From: Enterobacteria phage RB18
Length of the DNA stretch: 64,000 nucleotides
Reading direction: 5' to 3' (one strand)
Sequence record: NC_054906.1
In this document: in pieces, positions 7,304 through 19,100 of the stretch
Position numbering within the stretch: position 1 is the stretch's first letter
Layout: each line of letters begins with the position of its first letter
Translations under genes and position numbers: made by a program
Notes under the pieces: model-generated
The model's input: only the letters and a program-made list of their open reading frames with translations
What the model was told of the DNA's origin: nothing
Databases searched by the model: none

Positions 7304-7333
7304 ATAGTATCACTACCCTATCTAAAAGTAAAC
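7304..7333 (-). promoter_or_regulatory. early-type promoter element (minus strand: -35 GTTTAC, 18-nt spacer, -10 TACTAT)
   Basis: Minus strand GTTTACTTTTAGATAGGGTAGTGATACTATTACCCTATCAA; shares an identical 24-mer with the copy 300 bp upstream. Confidence 0.45.
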
Positions 7334-7567
7334 TTATTTTTTACGAAAAATTGATTTATATTTATCAGCCCATTTCTCAATGACTTTTGCCGGGCCATAG
7401 ATAACAAAGTAATCGCCAAACTCTTCACCACCGAGTTGACCGAAATCATCTAATGCATCACGAAGAACTCCATGAGGCATTTCACCCATTTTATCTTTCT
7501 TGCCAGTGTAAATAAACTCAACTTTTACATCAGCAGTTTCAGCAATAAATTCTTGATACGTTTTCAT
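7334..7567 (-). CDS. ipI: internal protein I-like capsid-targeted protein (CTS leader MKTYQEFIAE)
   Basis: ATG at 7567 with GGAG Shine-Dalgarno (track ORF starts at an upstream GTG); N-terminus is the internal-protein capsid targeting sequence with L/I-x-E cleavage motif; position between 57B and the tRNA region matches the ipI locus. Confidence 0.7.
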   Translation of the reverse strand: MKTYQEFIAETADVKVEFIYTGKKDKMGEMPHGVLRDALDDFGQLGGEEFGDYFVIYGPAKVIEKWADKYKSIFRKK

Positions 7568-7603
7568 TTTGTTCTCCAATTTCACATTTGTTTTGATAGG
7601 GTA

Positions 7604-7633
7604 ATAGTATCACTACTAAAACCCCATGTAAAC
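7604..7633 (-). promoter_or_regulatory. early-type promoter element upstream of the ipI-like gene (minus strand: -35 GTTTACA, 17-nt spacer, -10 TACTAT)
   Basis: Minus strand TTTAAAATAATTTCACAAAGTTGTTTACATGGGGTTTTAGTAGTGATACTATTACCCTATCAA. Confidence 0.45.
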
Positions 7634-7645
7634 AACTTTGTGAAA

Positions 7646-8330
<685 letters not shown>

Positions 8331-8331
<1 letters not shown>

Positions 8332-9056
8332 TATAGTACCTTTAGTGTATTTTTAATTTTAGAAAAAAGTTCTTCAAGAGAACCATCGTTTGTAATTACT
8401 AAATCGCCATCACGAATTGGCAATCCAGCTTCTGTAATATGAGTATCATTGGATTTTTGACCAGGACGAACTACATGAATTACTGTAGCACCCATCGCCC
8501 TAGCCGCATCCATTTCATGATCTTGACGAGTATCAGGAACGATATAATAATCATAACCTGAGTTAAATTTATCAAGATAATCTAAAGCAAATAATTTTAC
8601 CCAGTACATGCGGTCGAAGTTATTAACAATCAAATCCGTACCTAGGGCTTGCATCAGACGACGGACTGACCATTGATCTTCAATATTATTTATAACGTCA
8701 GTAATTTTGTTAAATGCTACGAAATTAACTGATTCTTTTCCTTCGTCATCAAAAACAAACACACCTTTAATTGGGCTTTTACCATTAAGATAGCAAAATG
8801 CTTGTTCCATAATCGTGATTACTTCTAATTTAGTCAGATTTAAATTAGTCTCACGATCATAGTCAATTCCTTCAAACTCTTTACGAGTTAAGCAAGGATA
8901 GTCAGTGTTTGCTGCAAATACTCCCCATGCATAAGCCAATGCATCCTTAATAGGACCAGCAAGTTGATATTTAACTGCAGAATAATTGCTCATGATAAAA
9001 TCAGCAGTAGTATCTTTTCCACTACGCTTTACACCGCTTAAAAAGATTAGTTTCAT
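8331..9056 (-). CDS. 1: gp1 deoxynucleoside monophosphate kinase (241 aa)
   Basis: P-loop GVKRSGKDT near N-terminus; start refined to the ATG at 9056 with GAGGAG Shine-Dalgarno; size equals T4 gp1. Confidence 0.9.
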
Positions 9057-9105
9057 GTGTTTCTCCTCAAATTTAATTAAAATTATAACACACAAAACTG
9101 AAGCA

Positions 9106-9636
9106 TTAAACTTCTGCTATAATTTTTCCATCTTTTTCTACTTGAAAATAGGTGTAAGGAATCGTTGCTGTACATACTAAAGCCGGGTCTGAATCTTCCG
9201 TATAGCTAAATTCTACTTCAGATAGGTCAGAAACCCAAGGCTTATAAAAATTTATTGACATCACGATTTCAGTTTTGCTATTATCTAAGATGTAAAGCGT
9301 AATGTACTCAGGACCTGTTTTTTGGGCAGTATTTTCACCTGTAAGATAGTTGCTAGTTCCTAGCATCCATTCATACATTCCTATCCATGACTTAAGTTCT
9401 TCATCAACTATAAATCTCACGATGAGTGGATCATACTCGAATGTAACACCAGGACGTTGTGCTCGGCCCAGTCCAAACGGCCCAGTCACGGTATCAGTAA
9501 CAGGTATTCTAATTCCTGGAATAGGAACTGACTGAGCATTTAAAGTAAAAGCAGATGTAGTATTACTGTGCGGTATTGATACTACAAAGTTAGTTGTATT
9601 TGCTTGGTTAAAAATTTGTTGCAGAGCTTGCGACAT
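9106..9636 (-). CDS. 3: gp3 tail tube terminator / sheath stabiliser (176 aa)
   Basis: Start refined to the ATG at 9636 (GAGGAA Shine-Dalgarno), giving the 176-aa size of T4 gp3; gene order 1-3-2-4. Confidence 0.85.
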   Translation of the reverse strand: MSQALQQIFNQANTTNFVVSIPHSNTTSAFTLNAQSVPIPGIRIPVTDTVTGPFGLGRAQRPGVTFEYDPLIVRFIVDEELKSWIGMYEWMLGTSNYLTGENTAQKTGPEYITLYILDNSKTEIVMSINFYKPWVSDLSEVEFSYTEDSDPALVCTATIPYTYFQVEKDGKIIAEV

Positions 9637-9742
9637 ATATTCCTCATAATGCTTTATAACTGTTGGTGGTATAATGGGTCTAAGTCCCTTCCATTCAATT
9701 CCATTTAGAACAAACAATAGAAAAGAATGGAAGATAATAGAA

Positions 9743-10567
9743 TTAGATATTTGACCAGACTTTGTTTGCAGAGAAACGTTTTCCTTTTGAAACGAACTGC
9801 TGAAGTGGCATTAACACAACGTTCGCCCAGTCTTTCGGGGCGATTTCAACAAGGCTACCCATAATATTACCAGGTATATATGCCTTAATCATTTGGTCTG
9901 CACCCCTAAATCCTTTCACTTGACTCCAATCAATTTTTAATTTCGTTTTATTAGTAATAGTAGGTGTATTTGCATATTGCTTTAAAAGCTCTTCTAGGAA
10001 TTGCTGACGAGCTTTAGGTGGAATATAGTGCAAGTTTAATCCGTACATTAAATTATGCTTACCTAAACCAAGGTAAATTACCAAAGGAAATTTATCCCAA
10101 TAAGGAAGAGTTTCCTTGTGTTTAGCATCATAAGCAAAAGCATATATTCGTCCCGGCTGCGGGCGAACAACTTTATGTCCTTTTACTTGCTTAATAGTTT
10201 CAGCAAACCATTTTCTGGTTTTATTATTAATTGCTGCGCCTTCATTACGAATTTTATCGCGCAATGTTTGTCTGAATGAATTTATCATAAGCAGTTGTCT
10301 TTCTTGCTTATTGAGCTTATTCATTGGTTTTGATTCAAGCTTTTGAATCTTTTCAGCCGTTTTAATTCCTGAAGCATATTTTGACATTGCCGAAGTAAAC
10401 GTAGAGTATTTGATTCCTCTTTCTTCAGCAAATTGTTTTCCTGTCATTCCTTTTGCTTTGGCCTTTTTATATTCAAGACCTATTTGAATCCATTTCTTTT
10501 CGTTTAATGATTGCTTAACCTTTGGAACTTGGGGAGTGCTTTCATTAATTATTTGAAAAATAGCCAT
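9743..10567 (-). CDS. 2: gp2 DNA end-protector protein (274 aa)
   Basis: Size and position match T4 gp2; basic protein; TAATG overlap with gene 4 stop. Confidence 0.9.
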   Translation of the reverse strand: MAIFQIINESTPQVPKVKQSLNEKKWIQIGLEYKKAKAKGMTGKQFAEERGIKYSTFTSAMSKYASGIKTAEKIQKLESKPMNKLNKQERQLLMINSFRQTLRDKIRNEGAAINNKTRKWFAETIKQVKGHKVVRPQPGRIYAFAYDAKHKETLPYWDKFPLVIYLGLGKHNLMYGLNLHYIPPKARQQFLEELLKQYANTPTITNKTKLKIDWSQVKGFRGADQMIKAYIPGNIMGSLVEIAPKDWANVVLMPLQQFVSKGKRFSANKVWSNI

Positions 10568-11019
10568 TATGCCCCCTTAAAGCCAAGAGCTCGTAATCCA
10601 TCTTCTGTTAGAATTCTAAATTTTATTCCACGCTTTTCAGCTAAAGATTGTGCTGCTTTCCATTTATCAGTGTTCACAGACCAGGTATAAATTTCATTCA
10701 TAAATCTTTTCTTCGCTGCGGTTGTTAGATGTGCTGGTTTAACTGGTGGTTGTGTTTCTTTTTTAGGTTTTATTTCAATAAAAAATTCTTGTCCAGAAGA
10801 ATCTTTCATCCAAATATCCATGAAGTATCTACGTTTTTTCCCTTCTGCATTACAAAAATAAGGAATTACTGCTGTTTCACTACCCCATGCAATAATTTCT
10901 GGATTTTTATCTAACCATTCAAAAAAGAATTTTTCCCAATTTGATCTATACGTAATTTTTTTAGGGTCACCTCTATACTTTGATATATTTTTAGGAACCC
11001 ATTTTCCAGAATATGCCAT
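10567..11019 (-). CDS. 4: gp4 head completion protein (150 aa)
   Basis: Size and position match T4 gp4, divergent from gene 53. Confidence 0.9.
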   Translation of the reverse strand: MAYSGKWVPKNISKYRGDPKKITYRSNWEKFFFEWLDKNPEIIAWGSETAVIPYFCNAEGKKRRYFMDIWMKDSSGQEFFIEIKPKKETQPPVKPAHLTTAAKKRFMNEIYTWSVNTDKWKAAQSLAEKRGIKFRILTEDGLRALGFKGA

Positions 11020-11030
11020 TGGATTCTCCT

Positions 11031-11038
11031 TATAAATA
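11031..11038 (+). promoter_or_regulatory. late promoter TATAAATA for gene 53
   Basis: Exact T4 late-promoter core about 29 nt upstream of the gene 53 ATG. Confidence 0.6.
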
Positions 11039-11045
11039 GATAATA

Positions 11046-11053
11046 TATTTATA
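11046..11053 (-). promoter_or_regulatory. late promoter TATAAATA (minus strand) for gene 4
   Basis: Exact TATAAATA on the minus strand, divergent from and interleaved with the gene 53 promoter. Confidence 0.55.
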
Positions 11054-11066
11054 AACAGGAGGGCCC

Positions 11067-11657
11067 ATGCTCTTTACATTTTTTGATCCGATTGAATATG
11101 CGGCCAAAACGGTGAATAAAAACGCGCCGACTATTCCTATGACAGATATTTTTAGAAACTATAAAGACTATTTTAAACGCGCTCTTGCGGGATACCGCTT
11201 ACGTACTTATTATATTAAAGGTTCACCACGCCCGGAAGAATTAGCAAATACTATATATGGAAATCCACAGTTGTATTGGGTTTTATTGATGTGTAATGAT
11301 AATTATGATCCATATTATGGATGGATTACTTCACAAGAAGCTGCTTATCAAGCATCTATACAAAAATACAAAAATGTAGGTGGAGACCAAATAGTATATC
11401 ATGTGAATGAGAATGGTGAAAAATTTTATAATTTAATATCATACGATGATAATCCATATGTTTGGTATGATAAAGGCGATAAAGCTAGAAAATATCCTCA
11501 ATATGAAGGAGCACTTGCTGCGGTCGATACGTATGAAGCGGCTGTTCTTGAAAATGAAAAACTTCGTCAAATAAAAATAATAGCAAAATCAGACATTAAT
11601 TCATTTATGAACGACCTTATACGTATAATGGAGAAATCTTATGGAAATGATAAGTAA
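11067..11657 (+). CDS. 53: gp53 baseplate wedge protein (196 aa)
   Basis: Size and position match T4 gp53; overlaps gene 5 start by 17 nt. Confidence 0.9.
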   Translation: MLFTFFDPIEYAAKTVNKNAPTIPMTDIFRNYKDYFKRALAGYRLRTYYIKGSPRPEELANTIYGNPQLYWVLLMCNDNYDPYYGWITSQEAAYQASIQKYKNVGGDQIVYHVNENGEKFYNLISYDDNPYVWYDKGDKARKYPQYEGALAAVDTYEAAVLENEKLRQIKIIAKSDINSFMNDLIRIMEKSYGNDK

Positions 11658-13368
11658 TAACCTTAATTGGTTTGTTGGTGTTGTTGAAGATAGAATGGAC
11701 CCATTAAAATTAGGTCGTGTTCGTGTTCGTGTGGTTGGTCTACATCCACCTCAAAGAGCACAAGGTGATGTAATGGGTATTCCAACTGAAAAATTACCAT
11801 GGATGTCAGTTATTCAACCTATAACTTCTGCAGCGATGTCAGGAATTGGAGGTTCTGTTACAGGGCCAGTAGAAGGAACTAGAGTTTATGGTCATTTTTT
11901 AGACAAATGGAAAACTAATGGAATTGTCCTTGGCACGTATGGTGGAATAGTTCGCGAAAAACCGAATAGACTTGAAGGATTTTCTGATCCAACTGGGCAA
12001 TATCCTAGACGTTTAGGAAATGATACGAACGTATTAAACCAAGGCGGAGAAGTAGGATATGATTCCTCTTCTAACGTTATTCAAGATAGTAACTTAGACA
12101 CCGCAATAAATCCCGATGATAGACCACTATCAGAGATTCCAACCGATGATAATCCAAATATGTCAATGGCTGAAATGCTTCGCCGTGATGAAGGATTAAG
12201 ATTAAAAGTTTATTGGGATACCGAAGGATATCCGACAATTGGTATTGGTCATCTTATCATGAAGCAGCCAGTTCGTGATATGGCTCAAATTAATAAAGTT
12301 TTATCAAAACAAGTTGGTCGTGAAATTACAGGAAATCCAGGTTCTATTACAATGGAAGAGGCGACGACTTTATTTGAGCGTGATTTGGCTGATATGCAAC
12401 GTGACATTAAATCGCATTCTAAAGTAGGACCAGTCTGGCAAGCTGTTAACCGTTCTCGTCAAATGGCATTAGAAAATATGGCATTTCAGATGGGTGTTGG
12501 TGGTGTAGCTAAATTTAACACAATGTTAACTGCTATGTTAGCAGGAGACTGGGAAAAAGCATATAAAGCCGGTCGTGATTCATTGTGGTATCAACAAACA
12601 AAGGGTCGTGCATCCCGTGTTACCATGATTATTCTTACGGGAAATTTGGAATCATATGGTGTTGAAGTGAAAACACCAGCTAGGTCTTTATCTGCAATGG
12701 CTGCTACTGTAGCTAAATCTTCTGACCCTGCTGATCCTCCTATTCCAAATGACTCGAGAATTTTATTCAAAGAACCAGTTTCTTCATATAAAGGTGAGTA
12801 TCCTTATGTGCATACGATGGAAACTGAAAGTGGACATATCCAAGAATTTGATGATACCCCTGGGCAAGAACGATACAGATTAGTTCATCCAACTGGAACT
12901 TATGAAGAAGTATCACCGTCAGGAAGAAGAACAAGAAAAACTGTTGATAATTTGTATGATATAACAAATGCTGATGGTAATTTTTTGGTAGCCGGTGATA
13001 AAAAGACTAACGTCGGTGGATCAGAAATTTATTACAACATGGATAATCGTTTACATCAAATCGATGGAAGCAATACAATATTTGTACGTGGCGATGAAAC
13101 TAAGACGGTTGAAGGTAATGGAACTATCCTAGTTAAAGGTAATGTTACTATTGTAGTTGAAGGTAATGCTGACATTACAGTTAAAGGAGATGCTACCACT
13201 TTAGTTGAAGGTAATCAAACTAATACAGTAAATGGAAATCTTTCTTGGAAAGTTGCTGGGACAGTTGATTGGGACGTTGGTGGTGATTGGACAGAAAAAA
13301 TGGCATCTATGAGTTCTATTTCATCTGGTCAATACACAATTGATGGATCGAGGATTGACATTGGCTAA
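11641..13368 (+). CDS. 5: gp5 baseplate hub / cell-puncturing device with tail lysozyme domain (575 aa)
   Basis: Central lysozyme domain EGLRLKVYWDTEGYPTIGIGHL (T4 lysozyme-like); C-terminal VxGxxxxx beta-helix repeats (VEGNGTILVKGNVTIVVEGNADITVKGDATTLVEGN); size equals T4 gp5. Confidence 0.95.
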   Translation: MEMISNNLNWFVGVVEDRMDPLKLGRVRVRVVGLHPPQRAQGDVMGIPTEKLPWMSVIQPITSAAMSGIGGSVTGPVEGTRVYGHFLDKWKTNGIVLGTYGGIVREKPNRLEGFSDPTGQYPRRLGNDTNVLNQGGEVGYDSSSNVIQDSNLDTAINPDDRPLSEIPTDDNPNMSMAEMLRRDEGLRLKVYWDTEGYPTIGIGHLIMKQPVRDMAQINKVLSKQVGREITGNPGSITMEEATTLFERDLADMQRDIKSHSKVGPVWQAVNRSRQMALENMAFQMGVGGVAKFNTMLTAMLAGDWEKAYKAGRDSLWYQQTKGRASRVTMIILTGNLESYGVEVKTPARSLSAMAATVAKSSDPADPPIPNDSRILFKEPVSSYKGEYPYVHTMETESGHIQEFDDTPGQERYRLVHPTGTYEEVSPSGRRTRKTVDNLYDITNADGNFLVAGDKKTNVGGSEIYYNMDNRLHQIDGSNTIFVRGDETKTVEGNGTILVKGNVTIVVEGNADITVKGDATTLVEGNQTNTVNGNLSWKVAGTVDWDVGGDWTEKMASMSSISSGQYTIDGSRIDIG

Positions 13369-13402
13369 TATACTTCCAATGAGCGCTGATTTAGGAGAAT
13401 CC

Positions 13403-13897
13403 ATGGAAGGTTCTTCTATCGACGTCACCTTTACCGCTCAATTAGAAACAGGTGAAACGTTAGTATCTATAAATATAACTAGTTACGAAGAAACTCCTGG
13501 GGTTTTAGTAGAAGAAAATCGCTTATATGGAACATATGAATCTGTGTTTGGATTTGGAGATGACGCGTTGAAATATCGTTTAGGCGATGAATTTAAAACT
13601 GCTGCTTCATGGGAAGAACTTCCTACTGATTCTGATACTCAGTTGTATTTGTGGAAAGCTCCTCAAAATCTCCAGAAGACATTCACTTACGAAGTAACAT
13701 TAATATATGACTACCAAGAACAAAGTGAATCTGGAGGTTCTGGCAGTAATTCTAGGTCATCTTCTGATACTACTGAACCGACGGATCCTCCTGCTCCAGT
13801 AAGAAAAACTCTCGTTAAAAATTATACTAAAACTATAGTTGGAAATTGGAGTCGTTGGGCTAATAAATTGAGAAGCTATGTGTATGAGAGGCCATAA
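13403..13897 (+). CDS. 5.1: gp5.1-like hypothetical protein
   Basis: ORF between genes 5 and 5.4; start placed at the ATG with AGGAG Shine-Dalgarno (track ORF begins at 13340 inside gene 5; ATG at 13379 is an alternative). Confidence 0.55.
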
Positions 13898-14191
13898 ATG
13901 TCAGGATTAAGTTATGATAAGTGTGTTACTGCTGGCCATGAAGCGTGGCCTCCAACAGTTGTGAATGCTACACAAAGTAAAGTATTCACTGGAGGAATTG
14001 CTGTTCTAGTAGCAGGCGATCCAATTACAGAACATACAGAAATTAAAAAGCCATATGAAACACATGGCGGAGTGACACAACCCAGAACTTCTAAGGTATA
14101 TGTCACTGGAAAGAAAGCTGTTCAAATGGCTGATCCAATATCATGCGGTGATACTGTGGCTCAGGCATCATCTAAAGTATTCATTAAATAG
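13898..14191 (+). CDS. 5.4: gp5.4 PAAR-like spike tip protein (97 aa)
   Basis: 97-aa protein directly after 5.1 and before gene 6; size and position match T4 gp5.4. Confidence 0.8.
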
Positions 14192-14199
14192 GATTTAAA

Positions 14200-16182
14200 A
14201 TGGCAAATACCCCTGTAAATTATCAATTAACAAGAACAGCAAATGCTATTCCCGAGATATTCGTCGGGGGTACGTTTGCTGAAATAAAACAAAACCTCAT
14301 TGAATGGCTTAATGGCCAAAATGAATTTTTGGATTATGATTTTGAAGGCTCAAGATTAAACGTTCTGTGTGACCTTTTAGCTTATAATACATTATACATT
14401 CAGCAGTTTGGTAATGCTGCTGTGTATGAAAGCTTTATGCGTACTGCTAACTTACGAAGTTCAGTTGTTCAAGCTGCACAAGATAACGGATATTTACCTA
14501 CTTCAAAATCCGCTGCGCAGACCGAAATTATGTTAACATGCACCGACGCATTGAATAGGAATTACATTACAATTCCTCGCGGAACTCGCTTTTTAGCATA
14601 TGCAAAAGATACTTCTGTTAATCCATACAACTTCGTTTCTACCGAAGACGTTATTGCTATTCGTGATAAAAATAACCAATATTTTCCGCGTTTAAAATTG
14701 GCCCAGGGACGTATAGTAAGAACTGAAATCATTTATGATAAATTAACACCTATTATCATTTATGATAAAAATATTGATAGAAACCAGGTTAAATTATATG
14801 TTGATGGAGCGGAATGGATTAACTGGACGAGAAAGTCAATGGTTCATGCTGGTTCAACATCAACGATTTACTATATGCGTGAAACTATTGATGGAAACAC
14901 TGAATTCTATTTTGGCGAAGGTGAAATTTCTGTTAATGCTTCTGAAGGAGCTTTGACCGCTAATTATATCGGAGGTCTTAAACCTACCCAGAACTCTACG
15001 ATTGTTATTGAGTACATCAGTACTAACGGTGCAGATGCGAATGGCGCAGTCGGATTTTCATATGCAGATACATTAACAAATATAACTGTCATCAATATTA
15101 ATGAAAATCCAAACGACGACCCAGATTTTGTCGGAGCAGATGGCGGCGGTGATCCAGAAGATATTGAACGTATTCGTGAATTGGGTACTATTAAGCGTGA
15201 AACTCAGCAGCGATGTGTAACTGCGACAGATTATGATACATTTGTCTCAGAAAGATTTGGTTCTATTATTCAAGCCGTTCAGACTTTCACTGATTCTACT
15301 AAACCTGGTTATGCATTTATTGCTGCTAAACCTAAATCAGGATTGTATTTAACTACTGTGCAGCGTGAAGATATTAAAAATTATCTCAAAGATTATAATT
15401 TAGCACCTATTACGCCATCAATTATTTCTCCTAATTATCTTTTCATTAAGACTAATTTAAAAGTCACATATGCTTTAAATAAGCTGCAAGAATCTGAACA
15501 GTGGCTTGAAGGTCAAATAATTGATAAAATTGACCGCTATTATACTGAAGATGTAGAAATTTTTAACTCATCTTTCGCTAAGTCTAAGATGTTAACTTAT
15601 GTAGATGATGCAGATCATTCTATCATTGGTTCATCAGCGACTATTCAAATGGTTCGTGAAGTACAAAACTTCTATAAAACGCCTGAAGCGGGTATTAAAT
15701 ACAATAATCAAATAAAAGATCGTTCTATGGAATCTAATACGTTTTCATTTAATTCTGGACGAAAGGTTGTAAATCCTGATACTGGTTTAGAAGAAGATGT
15801 ATTATATGACGTTCGTATAGTATCAACAGACCGAGATTCTAAAGGAATTGGTAAAGTTATTATTGGTCCATTTGCTTCTGGCGATGTTACAGAAAATGAA
15901 AACATTCAGCCGTATACAGGCAACGATTTTAACAAATTAGCAAATTCTGATGGACGCGACAAATATTATGTTATCGGTGAAATAAATTATCCAGCTGACA
16001 TGATTTATTGGAATATCGCTAAAATTAATTTAACATCTGAAAAATTTGAAGTTCAGACTATTGAATTATATTCTGACCCAACCGATGATGTTATCTTTAC
16101 TCGCGATGGTTCACTGATTGTATTTGAAAATGACTTACGTCCACAATACTTAACTATCGATTTGGAGCCTATATCACAATGA
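14200..16182 (+). CDS. 6: gp6 baseplate wedge protein (660 aa)
   Basis: Size and order match T4 gp6; AGGA Shine-Dalgarno; ATGA overlap with gene 7. Confidence 0.95.
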   Translation: MANTPVNYQLTRTANAIPEIFVGGTFAEIKQNLIEWLNGQNEFLDYDFEGSRLNVLCDLLAYNTLYIQQFGNAAVYESFMRTANLRSSVVQAAQDNGYLPTSKSAAQTEIMLTCTDALNRNYITIPRGTRFLAYAKDTSVNPYNFVSTEDVIAIRDKNNQYFPRLKLAQGRIVRTEIIYDKLTPIIIYDKNIDRNQVKLYVDGAEWINWTRKSMVHAGSTSTIYYMRETIDGNTEFYFGEGEISVNASEGALTANYIGGLKPTQNSTIVIEYISTNGADANGAVGFSYADTLTNITVININENPNDDPDFVGADGGGDPEDIERIRELGTIKRETQQRCVTATDYDTFVSERFGSIIQAVQTFTDSTKPGYAFIAAKPKSGLYLTTVQREDIKNYLKDYNLAPITPSIISPNYLFIKTNLKVTYALNKLQESEQWLEGQIIDKIDRYYTEDVEIFNSSFAKSKMLTYVDDADHSIIGSSATIQMVREVQNFYKTPEAGIKYNNQIKDRSMESNTFSFNSGRKVVNPDTGLEEDVLYDVRIVSTDRDSKGIGKVIIGPFASGDVTENENIQPYTGNDFNKLANSDGRDKYYVIGEINYPADMIYWNIAKINLTSEKFEVQTIELYSDPTDDVIFTRDGSLIVFENDLRPQYLTIDLEPISQ

Positions 16183-19100
16183 CAGTAAAAGCACCTTCAG
16201 TCACTAGTCTCAGAATTTCCAAGTTATCCGCAAATCAGGTGCAAGTACGCTGGGATGACGTTGGTGCTAATTTCTACTATTTTGTAGAAATCGCTGAGAC
16301 AAAAACAGACTCGGGGGAAAAACTCCCGAGTAATCAATATCGTTGGATTAATTTAGGATATACTGCAAATAACAGCTTCTTTTTTGATGATGCTGATCCA
16401 TTAACAACATACATTATTAGAGTAGCCACAGCTGCGCAAGATTTTGAGCAGTCTGATTGGATTTATACCGAAGAGTTTGAAACTTTTGCTACAAATGCTT
16501 ATACATTTCAAAACATGATTGAAATGCAATTAGCCAATAAATTCATTCAGGAAAAATTTACTCTTAATAATTCTGATTATGTTAATTTTAATAATGACAC
16601 TATAATGGCTGCATTGATGAATGAATCGTTTCAATTCAGCCCATCATATGTTGATGTTTCATCAATAAGTAATTTTATTATTGGTGAAAATGAGTATCAT
16701 GAAATACAGGGCTCTATTCAGCAGGTATGTAAGGATATTAACCGAGTTTATTTGATGGAATCAGAAGGGATTCTATATCTTTTTGAGCGTTATCAACCTG
16801 TAGTTAAAGTATCTAATGATAAAGGACAAACCTGGAAAGCTGTGAAGCTCTTCAATGACCGTGTAGGATATCCTTTATCTAAGACAGTATATTACCAATC
16901 TGCGAACACAACATACGTTCTAGGATACGACAAGATTTTCTACGGCCGTAAATCAACTGATGTTAGATGGTCAGCTGATGATGTCAGATTTAGTTCTCAG
17001 GATATAACATTTGCTAAACTTGGCGACCAATTACATCTAGGATTTGATGTAGAAATTTTTGCCACTTACGCGACTTTGCCAGCGAATGTATACCGCATTG
17101 CAGAAGCTATTACTTGCACCGATGATTACATTTACGTTGTCGCCAGAGACAAAGTTAGATACATAAAAACGAGTAATGCACCTATAGATTCTGATCCATT
17201 ATCTCCAACATATTCGGAAAGACTTTTTGAACCTGACACAATGACTATAACCGGAAATCCTAAAGCAGTATGCTATAAAATGGATTCTGTTGGTGATAAA
17301 GTTTTTGCTCTTATTATTGGTGAAGTTGAAACATTAAATGCCAATCCGAGAACATCAAAAATAATTGATTCCGCTGATAAAGGAATATATGTTTTAAACC
17401 ATGATACGAAAACGTGGAAAAGAGTTTTTGGTAATACTGAAGAAGAAAGAAGACGTATTCAACCTGGATATGCGAATATGTCAACTGACGGTAAATTAGT
17501 TTCTCTGTCTTCGAGTAATTTTAAATTTTTAAGCGATAACGTTGTTAATGACCCTGAAACTGCAGCAAAATATCAGTTAATTGGTGCTGTCAAATATGAA
17601 TTTCCTCGTGAATGGTTAGCTGATAAGCATTATCATATGATGGCATTTATAGCGGATGAAAAATCTGATTGGGAGACTTTTACTCCTCAACCAATGAAAT
17701 ACTACGCAGAACCGTTCTTTAACTGGTCTAAAAAATCTAACACACGCTGTTGGATAAACAACTCTGATAGAGCTGTAGTAGTTTATGCGGATTTAAAATA
17801 CACCAAAGTTATAGAAAATATTCCGGAAACATCACCAGATAGATTAGTTCATGAATACTGGGATGATGGTGATTGCACTATAGTAATGCCAAATGTCAAA
17901 TTCACTGGATTTAAAAAATACGCATCAGGAATGCTTTTCTATAAAGCCTCTGGTGAAATAATTTCTTACTATGATTTTAACTATCGTGTGAGAGATACAG
18001 TAGAAATTATTTGGAAACCTACTGAAGTATTTTTAAAAGCGTTTTTACAAAACCAAGAGCATGAAACCCCTTGGTCGCCTGAAGAAGAGCGTGGATTAGC
18101 TGACCCTGATTTAAGACCATTAATTGGCACAATGATGCCTGATTCTTATTTGTTACAGGATTCGAATTTTGAGGCATTTTGCGAAGCATATATTCAATAT
18201 CTTTCTGATGGATATGGAACTCAGTATAATAATTTACGAAATTTAATTCGTAACCAATATCCACGAGAAGAGCATGCGTGGGAATATTTGTGGTCAGAGA
18301 TATATAAAAGAAACATTTATTTAAATGCTGATAAACGTGATGCTGTTGCAAGATTTTTTGAATCACGCAGCTATGATTTTTATTCTACTAAAGGAATTGA
18401 AGCATCATACAAATTTCTTTTTAAAGTTCTTTATAATGAAGAAGTTGAAATTGAAATTGAATCGGGAGCAGGTACTGAATATGATGTAATCATTCAATCT
18501 GATTCTCTTACAGAAGATTTAGTAGGACAGACTATCTATACTGCAACCGGAAGATGCAATGTTACTTATATAGAAAGAAGTTATTCTAACGGTAAATTGC
18601 AATGGACCGTGACTATACATAATCTTTTGGGGCGTTTAATAGCAGGACAAGAAGTTAAAGCAGAAAGACTTCCAGGCTTTGAAGGCGAAATTATTCGTGG
18701 GGTTAAAGGAAAGGATTTGCTTCAAAATAATATAGACTATATTAATAGAAGTCGGTCATATTATGTAATGAAAATTAAATCCAATTTACCTTCTTCCCGC
18801 TGGAAATCTGACGTTATTCGTTTTGTTCACCCAGTAGGATTTGGATTTATAGCAATTACACTTTTAACAATGTTTATTAATGTCGGTTTAACTCTTAAAC
18901 ACACAGAGACAATAATTAATAAATATAAAAACTACAAATGGGATTCTGGATTGCCTACTGAATATGCTGATAGAGTAGCTAAATTAACTCCTACCGGTGA
19001 AATTGAACACGATTCAGTAACAGGCGAAGCAATTTATGAACCTGGTCCAATGGCTGGTGTAAAATATCCTCTTTCTGATGACTATAATGCTGAAAATAAT

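Noticed and set aside
12767-12967. 66-aa minus-strand ORF inside gene 5
   Set aside because: Antisense to a well-supported structural gene; no promoter or ribosome-binding site.
13040-13260. Tandem octapeptide-encoding repeats (VEGN..., VKGN...) that look like a DNA tandem repeat array
   Set aside because: They encode the triple-stranded beta-helix of the gp5 needle; a protein-structure repeat, not a separate repeat element or CRISPR array.
18019-18366. 115-aa minus-strand ORF inside gene 7
   Set aside because: Antisense to a long conserved structural gene; typical AT-rich antisense open frame.
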